Part shown: piece after piece, positions 9,246-18,601 of the stretch | Position numbering within the stretch: position 1 is the stretch's first letter | Layout of the letters: every line of letters begins with the position of its first letter | DNA from: a virus | Lineage: Duplodnaviria > Caudoviricetes | IMG/VR virus record: IMGVR_UViG_3300025168_000110 | Location: 1 to 54,755 of that record | Direction: 5' to 3' (one strand) | DNA length: 54,755 nt | The notes under the pieces: model-generated | The model's input: the letters and a program-made list of their open reading frames with translations, nothing else | Told to the model about the DNA's origin: nothing | Database searches by the model: none | Made by a program: the position numbers and the translations under genes

Positions 9246-12200
9246 ATGGCAGAACAAAAAAAGAATAAACCATCTCCATCACAAGGAGCTCAACAGCCTC
9301 AAAAAGCAAACTATACAGTTCCACAAGGATTTACTCACGGTATGGTTAGTGATCCTGATCCTAGGTTTCAATTAGAGGGAAGTTATAGTGATGCTTTAAA
9401 TATTAGATTGACTAACGATAAGGGTGATAGCTTTACTGTTGAAAACATAGAGGGTAATAGCCAGTTTATTGATTTAGGCGAACTACAAAAACAGCTTAAC
9501 ACGCAATCAAAAGGTATATTAGGTAAGACAACAACTGGTAGCAATACTGTGTTTTCTGAAATATACTGGGATCCAAAAAGTCATGATGCTAATGGAAACG
9601 AAGTTGGTAATTATTATCCTTCTGTTGGAGCATTCCCCTTTACAGACTTAGGGCCAGGATACACAGGAGGTTCTAATATAGATTTAAGCAATAGAGCAAG
9701 TATAGTCGGTTATACAGCTTATGCTGATACAATATTTTTAATTATAGTTGCTAGGTTTGAGTTTTTTAATGAAGATGGAGTTGTTGTTTCAGAAACTGCA
9801 AATAGAACAATATTTCTTTCTGTAGTATTTAATGATGAACTAGAAGTAACAAAAGTAATTGATCATGCAGTTTGCTACAGTAACGAAGGGGGTAATTATC
9901 CTGATTTAAATATGGATATAGATAACCAGTGTAGAGTTGAGCATATGGTTGAAAATAGTTGTATATCTAGAGTTTATTGGACAGATAATAAAAATCAACT
10001 AAGAACAATAAATTTAGGAGCAGGAGGGAAAAACGTTTTAAGTAAAGAAGAATTAGATATTACTCCCTTAATGTCACCATCTCAACCAACATTAAAATCA
10101 ACAACGCACGGTTCTTTACCAGTTGGTGTATATCAATACTCATTTAAATATGTTTCTGCTAACGGGGGTGAAACAACATTTTCTCCTTTAAGTAATTTAT
10201 ATCACGCCTCAGATCAATCATTTAGCTCAACACTAACTTATGGTGGAGGTCCTCCTGGAAAAATAGGAGTGCAAGGCTTTACTATAACTGTATCCGACCT
10301 AGATCAAGACTTTAAATTTATAGAGCTTTACGCTTTAATGTATGAACAGCAAAACATACCTCCTAGAGTCGCCTTAGTGGCTAAAAAAGGAATTGAGGGA
10401 AGATCTTCTGTAGACTTTTCACATACAACATGGTTTAATCAAATAGAAGGGGGATTAGAGGATGTTTTAATAGAATCTAACACGTGGGACGTTTGCAAAG
10501 ATATTGCAATTAAAGACAATATTTTATTTGCAGCAAATATAAAATCTAAAAAGAACTGGATATCAGAAAAAAATTGGAACGTTAAGGTTGCTAGACATAG
10601 AATTATTGATGGTGAGGGAATCTTAACAACAAATGATTTTGCTATAAATCATTATAAAGACGGATCTTTAGTTTCTCCTACTGGACAAACAGACAGAAAC
10701 GGATTTACTATAAAGCATGGAAGATTATTACAACCATCTGAACATGAAGAATGTGCATTTGACGGTACAATTAACACGCCAATGTGGACTACTTTATTAG
10801 AAAATCAAAGACATTCTACGGATTCTGCGGCTTCAAATAGTGATGATAAAAATAGAACAGGTAGAATTAAACAAAGATTAGAATACAGATACTTATCCGA
10901 TTTAATGACACCAGGAGGGGAATCTTTTAATTATGGAGATAATACATCTGGAGGTTGTAGGGTTACATTTGGAGTTAAAGAAAGGGCTGCTGATCAAACA
11001 CAGAACACAAGTACATCTCCATATATTTCAGCAACAATACCTGGAGAAGAGATGCAAACAGATTTTGCTGGTTCTATAGCATATAATCCAAATGGTCAAC
11101 CAGAAACTAAATTTAAAACATCAATGTCTTTAGGTGGTTCTATGGACCCTCATGCTGCTGGAGATAAAAGAGGATATCAAAGAGGTGATGTTTATAGATT
11201 TGGAGTTCAGACATATGATTTAACAGGTGCTCCTGGAAATGTTTTATGGATAGGTGATATACAGATACCAGAACAACATGATGTGTTAAGAATGATTAAT
11301 GTAAATCAAACTGACTACACACCAATAAGACCAACCTCAACAACCCTATCAGGTACCGCTAACAGCCTAATAGTTCAGAAAAGTATAGTAAGACATAAAA
11401 ACGTAATGGACTTTAGATTATCTTATGTTTATGGGCATACTATACCTAAAGTAGATGTAGAGTGGTTTAGCGCTAGATTAGATACTGATAGCACTCAAAA
11501 TTTAGATGCTTATGTAAAGCACGATGGAAATCAAGATAGTCAACTTCCTAATAATGGGGCGAGTGCTTACACACCTACAGTAGAAGGATTAAGAAAAGCA
11601 GTTCCTTACTATGCATTCCAGAACACTCATGATGACACTCATTATTTAATGGATTTATATGTTAATTTTGAATTTATTATACCTAGAGATGTTGCTTCTA
11701 AAATATCTGGATTTAGAGTTGTTAGAGCAGAAAGAAAAGAAGATGATAGAAGGGTAGTTCAGCAAGGGCTATTGAACCAGACTATGCAGTACGGTACAGC
11801 TGAAGCAGGTTTAGAGGCTGGTTACGATAGTAATAAATTTTCAGTAGCTGACAATGCTTCTCTTGGAGACGAGCCTGTGTTTGTAAATGCTTTTAATAAA
11901 CAAGACCCAACAAAAGTAGAGCAGCCAGAATTTAATACATATCTTAATGGATATTTAGGGTTAGCAGAAAATTCTAACTTAGCATATTATAATGACTCAG
12001 CAACAGATGGAGTTTTAACATCAGGCCAAGCTGACTTGGCTGGTAAAATAGGTAGTTGGCCAGAAACAGAAGATAGTAAAAAATGGTATGGTGGCAACGG
12101 AGAAAACGGTAAGGGGGCTGGGTATTGGAATGTCCAAGCAAATCCTTTTCAAGGCCCTGGAGCTTATGGTAGACACAAAAGACATTGTTCTTATTTTGGA

Positions 12201-15200
12201 ACCTACCCTAAGTATTATAGCGGTTATTCTGATGGAACACAAAGCGAATGGGGTAATAATCAAATAAGCAGTAGTATATATACATTAGATTCTCCAGACA
12301 GTGCTTTTGGTATTAGACCATATCAATATAGAGAAGGAGACTTTTTAAGAATAGACAGCTCTTTAAAGCTGACTGATAAAGACAGATACACAGACACTAC
12401 CGCATCTTGGGCTGTAGGATACCCACACCTTTGGTACACTCATTGTAGAAAGAGATCTGAATTTTTAACTTTAGATCCCCATGGAACAGGTACAAGAGCA
12501 TCTCAACTAATTTGGGAACCATTATCATTTGATAAAACAGACATAGATTCAATTTCGTTTTGCACAAAAAGACATATAGACGAAGATTATAGTGTATTAA
12601 TTGGTAAATACTATTGTTATGATCCTTATTTTGGTATTGGTATGGAAATTGATGGTGGTATGTTTGCTGCTATGGCATATGGTGGATCTGGAGGTATTAG
12701 GCCTAGAAATGATTTTGGGTGGTCTTTACCTCTTACTGCTGGAAAAGAAATAGGAGATGGGGAGATTGTATCATCTTCTTTTTTCCAAAAATCAAAAAGG
12801 GTAGATGATGGTCAGGTTTACGGATTCTCAAATAATACTTTAGGGTATTATAAATCAGCATGGAAAACAGCTGAGGCTACGCATGGAGGTTTTTCTGCTT
12901 TTGGAGCAGTAACACTTGGTACTAATTCTATTGCTGCAATAAGAGACTATTCAACAGCAACATCAGGTAATGATGCTACTACTTGGACAGACGATGAATC
13001 TAATGCGGATGATTTCACATATGATACTGTGTCTACAATGCAAATGGGACTAAGGACAATTTTATTAGAAGTAGATAATTATGCAGCTACAGCAAAAAGA
13101 ACTGGAGATTCTACTGGTGAAGGGTCTTACTTTAACAATAATATAATTACTAGGCCTGGTCATAGATTTCATTCATGGTTTGCTCCTGTAAATTTAAGTG
13201 CTATATATGAAGGAGGTAGTTGGTTTACATACTATTTAACTGGAGGTGTAAATGGAACATTTTCCCATGAACCATCCAGTACCAATAATTTTAATTCAAC
13301 CACTGACGTTATACATAGTAGTGCTTTATTAACTAATTATAATAGTGATTATAGAACATTAGTAGACATAACTAAAGATAGTGTATCGTATAGATATGGA
13401 AGCCATAAAAGATCACTTATTCCTTTTAAATATTTATGCTCAATAGTTAGGCGTGTTGTACCATATGGTGGTTACGGAAAAGAAGCTATTGAATCAACAA
13501 GATACATTCCTTGTGGCAACTTTCATGCTGTAGATGATAAAGGATGGAACGGTTCAACAGACCCCGCTCAACAAATAGCTCATGTAAGTCAAGTCTTTGG
13601 AGGAGATACATTCGTAAACCTGTACTCTCACCAAAAAACATCATCTCCATACATGAAAAAATCTGCATCAAGATGGCAAGTGTTTCCTGTAGAATCTTAT
13701 GTTAATACAGATATGAGAAGTGGGCTTACATTAAATAGTGGAGATACTGAACTGGGAAAAGATATAAATCAACCTCCTTTTAGTAATAGTTGGTTATATA
13801 ATCCTGTGTTTTCTCAAGAAAATAATATTAAGTCAGGATTAATGATTGATGAAAATGTAACTTGTGAAGCTTTAGATTTACCTTATGAAATTGCTTACTC
13901 TAATACAAAAATATCTGGAGATCCAGAAGATGCGTTTAGGCAATTTCCTATTAATCAGTTTCATGACATGGAAGCTAAATATGGCGAGATTAATAGGATT
14001 ATAAACTTTAAGAACGAGATATATGTACTGCAAGATAAAGGATTTGCTAAACTTTTGGTAAACCCTATTTCTATGCTTAAAGATGAAACAGGAAATTCCT
14101 TATATACAGGGACAGGAGAAACTGTTGAAAACCATATATACATATCTACTAAACACGGAACAACACATAGGTTTAGTGTTGCTGCTAGTGAGCATGCTTT
14201 ATACTTTGCAGATAGTAATTATGGTAGATTGTTTAAATACGATACAGAAAAATTAGTATCTTTAGGAGATTCTTTTGGACAAAGAAACTATCTTAGAGAA
14301 ATAATGAAAGAGTGGAAAAGTGTAGCTACAACTGACGATGCTGGTGTAATGAGGAAAGATGTTAAAGGAGATTTAGATAATATTAAAAAAGAAGGTAGAA
14401 ATTATATTGGGGACAATCCTTTAAAATTTGTAGGTATTACATCTATATTTGATCATGAAAATAAAGAATTATTAGTAACATTTCATAATAGTAAATTTCT
14501 TAATGGATACGACAGAACTGATTTTGCTAATCCATATAGTCATCATCGTATGGGTGCAACTGTAAATGGCCAACAAATGGGTATATCTGAAACCCTTGTA
14601 TTTAATGAAGGTATAAACGCTTTTACTTCAAGATATAGTGTAGCGCCTCCATCTTGGATTGGAGGAGGATCTGGATCATTTTTAGTTACTCCAGAAAATG
14701 AAATAGCTGTTAGATCTATAATGAATATAAGAGCAGATTCTACAGCTTATGATCACTTGCCTTACAATATATATGGGTCTTATGACTCTCATTGGTATAA
14801 GCAGTATAGGTGTAATCCATTAAGTTTATGGCTATGGAATAAACATAAAGATGGTCACAAAACTAATTTCTTTGGAAAATTAGATGACACCCGAAGGTAT
14901 GTTGGAAATAGTTCAAACTTTGCTTTAGTTTCGCCTATAGATGGTACTGTAAACAGAAGTGTAGTAACAGTTTACGAAGGTCGCAAGCCTTATGCTGAAG
15001 AAAGTTATATTGAAAAAGTTATTGGTGAAATGCCTCAGCTATCTAAAGTGTACGATCATGTAAAAATACCTATGGTCAGCGATAATGAATTTTCATCATT
15101 AGAATTTGATTCCGAAAATAGCTCTCATAAAACAAATATAAATTATAGATGGAATTTTGAAGACACTCACCATGGTTGGTTATGGGATGCTGGAGGAAGT

Positions 15201-16067
15201 AATTATGTAGAGCCAACTATTAACTCTGTTACATCAACAAATGAATCCACAGTAGTTGTTTCAGATATTGTTCATCCAACTGACCCAGACGATGGTAAAT
15301 ACTTTTTCTTTACAGTTCCTGAATGGGATTCTTTAGCTGGAAATACATCTTGGAGTAATAATATATTTAATGTAAAACAATATAGAGATGGGATTTTAAT
15401 ATGGCAAGGAGATGTGTATGCTTGGAATAGTGCAAATGGTGTGCACGGTAGAAGGGTGTCGGGATCTGCTGCTGATCAATGGGAAATAGGTGATAAAATT
15501 AAAGGAGGTAATTCAAGCGGTACAATAACATTATCAGCTACAGCAAGCAATTCTCAATTTCATAGCCCACGTTTTGAAGATAAATTAAATTTAGACGGAG
15601 AGTTTAATAATATTATTAAAGTTAGAATAAAAAGAATATCTGGTACTAGTTGGCAGGGAAGATTATTGTGGATTGGAACACTAAAACACGGAGAATGGCA
15701 AAGATTAGATGAAGACTCATCTGACGAATATAGAGCTCAATTTGTTGACGAACCATCTAATATGAGTTCAGAATTTGTTACTCTTGAGTGGGATATGAAA
15801 GATACTGCAAGTTGGAATGATAGTATTATTGAAAGCCTTAGATTTGATTTTTCAAGTAGTGAATCAGTATTTGAAATTGATTGGATAGAAATAGGATCTA
15901 ACACAAGAGCAAAGCATCGTAATGGAATGTTAAAAGTTCCTTTAAGAAACGAGACCTCTCCAAACAGGCTAAGGGGTACATGGGCAAAAGTAAAATATAA
16001 AGCCAAAACTACAAATAAATTTAATATCTTTGCAATAATGGCAAAGTATAGAAAAACATTTAGATAA
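9246..16067 (+). CDS. Tail stabilization (muzzle) protein, P22 gp10-like
   Basis: 2273 aa; F..GM..D.D, YSDALNIR, ENIEGN, VYWTD..NQLR.IN, GYQRGDVYRFG, FGGDTFV, YGEIN, YFAD motifs and LRGTWAKV C-terminus typical of crAss Tstab. Confidence 0.8.
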   Translation: MAEQKKNKPSPSQGAQQPQKANYTVPQGFTHGMVSDPDPRFQLEGSYSDALNIRLTNDKGDSFTVENIEGNSQFIDLGELQKQLNTQSKGILGKTTTGSNTVFSEIYWDPKSHDANGNEVGNYYPSVGAFPFTDLGPGYTGGSNIDLSNRASIVGYTAYADTIFLIIVARFEFFNEDGVVVSETANRTIFLSVVFNDELEVTKVIDHAVCYSNEGGNYPDLNMDIDNQCRVEHMVENSCISRVYWTDNKNQLRTINLGAGGKNVLSKEELDITPLMSPSQPTLKSTTHGSLPVGVYQYSFKYVSANGGETTFSPLSNLYHASDQSFSSTLTYGGGPPGKIGVQGFTITVSDLDQDFKFIELYALMYEQQNIPPRVALVAKKGIEGRSSVDFSHTTWFNQIEGGLEDVLIESNTWDVCKDIAIKDNILFAANIKSKKNWISEKNWNVKVARHRIIDGEGILTTNDFAINHYKDGSLVSPTGQTDRNGFTIKHGRLLQPSEHEECAFDGTINTPMWTTLLENQRHSTDSAASNSDDKNRTGRIKQRLEYRYLSDLMTPGGESFNYGDNTSGGCRVTFGVKERAADQTQNTSTSPYISATIPGEEMQTDFAGSIAYNPNGQPETKFKTSMSLGGSMDPHAAGDKRGYQRGDVYRFGVQTYDLTGAPGNVLWIGDIQIPEQHDVLRMINVNQTDYTPIRPTSTTLSGTANSLIVQKSIVRHKNVMDFRLSYVYGHTIPKVDVEWFSARLDTDSTQNLDAYVKHDGNQDSQLPNNGASAYTPTVEGLRKAVPYYAFQNTHDDTHYLMDLYVNFEFIIPRDVASKISGFRVVRAERKEDDRRVVQQGLLNQTMQYGTAEAGLEAGYDSNKFSVADNASLGDEPVFVNAFNKQDPTKVEQPEFNTYLNGYLGLAENSNLAYYNDSATDGVLTSGQADLAGKIGSWPETEDSKKWYGGNGENGKGAGYWNVQANPFQGPGAYGRHKRHCSYFGTYPKYYSGYSDGTQSEWGNNQISSSIYTLDSPDSAFGIRPYQYREGDFLRIDSSLKLTDKDRYTDTTASWAVGYPHLWYTHCRKRSEFLTLDPHGTGTRASQLIWEPLSFDKTDIDSISFCTKRHIDEDYSVLIGKYYCYDPYFGIGMEIDGGMFAAMAYGGSGGIRPRNDFGWSLPLTAGKEIGDGEIVSSSFFQKSKRVDDGQVYGFSNNTLGYYKSAWKTAEATHGGFSAFGAVTLGTNSIAAIRDYSTATSGNDATTWTDDESNADDFTYDTVSTMQMGLRTILLEVDNYAATAKRTGDSTGEGSYFNNNIITRPGHRFHSWFAPVNLSAIYEGGSWFTYYLTGGVNGTFSHEPSSTNNFNSTTDVIHSSALLTNYNSDYRTLVDITKDSVSYRYGSHKRSLIPFKYLCSIVRRVVPYGGYGKEAIESTRYIPCGNFHAVDDKGWNGSTDPAQQIAHVSQVFGGDTFVNLYSHQKTSSPYMKKSASRWQVFPVESYVNTDMRSGLTLNSGDTELGKDINQPPFSNSWLYNPVFSQENNIKSGLMIDENVTCEALDLPYEIAYSNTKISGDPEDAFRQFPINQFHDMEAKYGEINRIINFKNEIYVLQDKGFAKLLVNPISMLKDETGNSLYTGTGETVENHIYISTKHGTTHRFSVAASEHALYFADSNYGRLFKYDTEKLVSLGDSFGQRNYLREIMKEWKSVATTDDAGVMRKDVKGDLDNIKKEGRNYIGDNPLKFVGITSIFDHENKELLVTFHNSKFLNGYDRTDFANPYSHHRMGATVNGQQMGISETLVFNEGINAFTSRYSVAPPSWIGGGSGSFLVTPENEIAVRSIMNIRADSTAYDHLPYNIYGSYDSHWYKQYRCNPLSLWLWNKHKDGHKTNFFGKLDDTRRYVGNSSNFALVSPIDGTVNRSVVTVYEGRKPYAEESYIEKVIGEMPQLSKVYDHVKIPMVSDNEFSSLEFDSENSSHKTNINYRWNFEDTHHGWLWDAGGSNYVEPTINSVTSTNESTVVVSDIVHPTDPDDGKYFFFTVPEWDSLAGNTSWSNNIFNVKQYRDGILIWQGDVYAWNSANGVHGRRVSGSAADQWEIGDKIKGGNSSGTITLSATASNSQFHSPRFEDKLNLDGEFNNIIKVRIKRISGTSWQGRLLWIGTLKHGEWQRLDEDSSDEYRAQFVDEPSNMSSEFVTLEWDMKDTASWNDSIIESLRFDFSSSESVFEIDWIEIGSNTRAKHRNGMLKVPLRNETSPNRLRGTWAKVKYKAKTTNKFNIFAIMAKYRKTFR

Positions 16068-16068
16068 T

Positions 16069-18600
16069 ATGGGTTATCAAGATATAAAAGACGTGCTTAG
16101 TCAATATGGTTCTACTCTAAACAAAACAGAGGAAGATTATATGGGTAATAACTCTATTGATATGGAGTATGATCAAAAAATTAATCCATACTCATCAAGA
16201 GGATATGTAGACCAATCTTATAGAGGTTTAGCTTCAGAAAAACAAGATTTCTACAGCCCCATGGAAATGTATGAAGACGGGGCATTAGACCCCACATTAC
16301 TTACAAGAGCAACACAAGGACTTACTTATGCTAGTATGGCAAGCAAAGCATCACCATACATTGAGAAAGGGATTAACCAAGGGATAAAAGCATTTGGAGG
16401 TAAAGCCGTACCAGGTGGCACACCACTTAACTTATCAGGCCCAGCAGCCTTATATGGAATGACTAGAAACAACAATCCTTATGATTATACAAGCACAGAA
16501 GCATTAGGAACTACAGGAGCAACAGTGTGGGGTGCAGCTAATATAGCAAAATATGCTGGTGTTGCTGGAACAGCTATGCCATGGGTGTACTTAGGATCAT
16601 ACTTATTATCAAGATGGTTTAATAAAAAAGGTAAAGAAAAAGCTAAAAAATTAGTAGGTAAAGAATATGATAGAATTAGAGATTTCCAAACTGAACAAGC
16701 AGAAGGTGTTGAAGAAAGATTTGTTGAAAATAGAGAAGATGCATTAGCAAAACAAAATGCTGTTCATTATGATAAAATGGCTAATCAATACGATAATCAG
16801 TATGGAGCGTATGCAGATCCTTATGCTAGTAACTATTCAGAAGGAGGTAAAGTAACTAAACAAGACTTACAGGAAGTAAAGAAATTAGGTCGTTATGGAG
16901 ATACAGAATTAGTTCATGTAAATCAGCAGGAAAAACAAATGCTAAAAAACATGGGAGGTTCTGGTACTATTAATCCATACACAGGCCTGGAAGAGTATCA
17001 TATCTCTTTTAGCCATGTTACTGACACTATTACCGATGTAGTTGGAGGTGTGTTTGATGTAGCTGGTGATATACTTGACCCTTTATTAGGGACAGCTGGC
17101 GATATAGTTAATACAGCTGGAGGTGTACTTACAGACGTTGTAGATACAGCGGTAGACACAGGTGTTGATATAATTAAAACAACTGGAGATATTGCTACAG
17201 ATGTTGTTGAAGATGTTGGAAATTTTGTAGAACCTATTATACGCCCTCCATTTGAATTAGCTGGAAATGTTCTTGATACTGTTATTGATTTATTTAAACC
17301 AGACTCTTATGATATGCCAGATTTTGATGTTAATGATAGAGAAAATCCTGATATATCTTTTAGAGACCCAAAATCAATTAAAGGGCAGCAAATAAAAGGA
17401 GAAAAAACAAAAGCTAATATAAAGTTTGATCAAAATGCTAACGTAAAAGATTCTAAAGCTACAAATGAATTAAATGAATTTAAATGGGATTTAGATAATC
17501 CATATATAACAGAAGATGTAGAGCAATTTTCTAAGGGAGGCAAGGCAGTAGGTGTTGATGACAATGTTCTGAGTAACTATATGAATGAGTTAAAAGATCA
17601 AGAAAACAGTAGCTTAGTTGGATACAATAAAAAAGATGGTAAATTCTATCCTATCCCTGCATCAGAAGGAGATGGCTCAATGGAAATAGCTTATGGATTT
17701 AAACTTCCTAAAGATGAAATGGAAAGGTTGTCTAAAGAAGGAATGACTATGAAGGAAGCTGAATCTTACATGAGACAAGATTTACAAAAAAGAATGACTA
17801 CTGTAAAAAATTATTTTGATAAAAATCATCCAGGAACATGGGATTCACTTCCAGACAAAGTAAAAATTGTTGCTGCTGATTATGAATATAATTTAAGAGG
17901 AGGTATTGGTAGTTATCCTAAATTTGCTAAAGCCTTAGCTGAAAATGATTATGATGGTGCTGAAAGTCAATATGTACGTAACATGAGGAAAGACGGGAAA
18001 TTAATTCCTCTTGGTAAGCGTAATGATTGGACTGTAGAAACACTATTTTCTGGTGCTCCTAATGACAAACAATTATGGGACCCTAATAATCCTAATGTAG
18101 AATGGAGTGAGGAAGACACTAATCCTAGAGCTGTTCAAGACGCTATGTTTGGAGAAGAAGATTATGTTATAGACCAACAAGACAATACACAAGTTCCTGT
18201 TACTACAAACATACCAACTGTTGAAGAGTTTGACCAAGGGGGAAGAAGTAATATTGTTGCTGAATTTACAGGAAACGAATTAATTGTAAATAATCAAAAT
18301 GTTGTAGAGGAAGGGTTACTAGAAGGTAATTACGCTAAAGCTGCTGCTCCAATTAAACAAGCGATTAATAATAATAATATTACACCTGGACAAGAAACAC
18401 ATAAAGGAAATCCTATCCCTGTAGATGCTGATGGTAATATTTACGCAGCAGGAGGAAAACTTAAATTTAAGGTAAATAAAGGAGCTGGTGTATATGATCA
18501 TGCTGATGAGCAATTTAAATCTGGTATGACTGACAAAGAAATTGCAATGATAGCTCAGCAAAATATAAATAAATGGAAATCAAATAATATGTACTCTTAA
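16069..18600 (+). CDS. Ejection/cargo protein with T4-lysozyme-like (GH24) domain
   Basis: Hydrophobic Gly/Ala segment; GDTELVHVN...TINPYTGLEEY motif; amphipathic repeats; lysozyme-like domain ~17575-18050 (EN...IAYG...EAE....QDL...WDSLP...DYEYN...YPKF..AL). Confidence 0.65.
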   Translation: MGYQDIKDVLSQYGSTLNKTEEDYMGNNSIDMEYDQKINPYSSRGYVDQSYRGLASEKQDFYSPMEMYEDGALDPTLLTRATQGLTYASMASKASPYIEKGINQGIKAFGGKAVPGGTPLNLSGPAALYGMTRNNNPYDYTSTEALGTTGATVWGAANIAKYAGVAGTAMPWVYLGSYLLSRWFNKKGKEKAKKLVGKEYDRIRDFQTEQAEGVEERFVENREDALAKQNAVHYDKMANQYDNQYGAYADPYASNYSEGGKVTKQDLQEVKKLGRYGDTELVHVNQQEKQMLKNMGGSGTINPYTGLEEYHISFSHVTDTITDVVGGVFDVAGDILDPLLGTAGDIVNTAGGVLTDVVDTAVDTGVDIIKTTGDIATDVVEDVGNFVEPIIRPPFELAGNVLDTVIDLFKPDSYDMPDFDVNDRENPDISFRDPKSIKGQQIKGEKTKANIKFDQNANVKDSKATNELNEFKWDLDNPYITEDVEQFSKGGKAVGVDDNVLSNYMNELKDQENSSLVGYNKKDGKFYPIPASEGDGSMEIAYGFKLPKDEMERLSKEGMTMKEAESYMRQDLQKRMTTVKNYFDKNHPGTWDSLPDKVKIVAADYEYNLRGGIGSYPKFAKALAENDYDGAESQYVRNMRKDGKLIPLGKRNDWTVETLFSGAPNDKQLWDPNNPNVEWSEEDTNPRAVQDAMFGEEDYVIDQQDNTQVPVTTNIPTVEEFDQGGRSNIVAEFTGNELIVNNQNVVEEGLLEGNYAKAAAPIKQAINNNNITPGQETHKGNPIPVDADGNIYAAGGKLKFKVNKGAGVYDHADEQFKSGMTDKEIAMIAQQNINKWKSNNMYS

Positions 18601-18601
18601 T

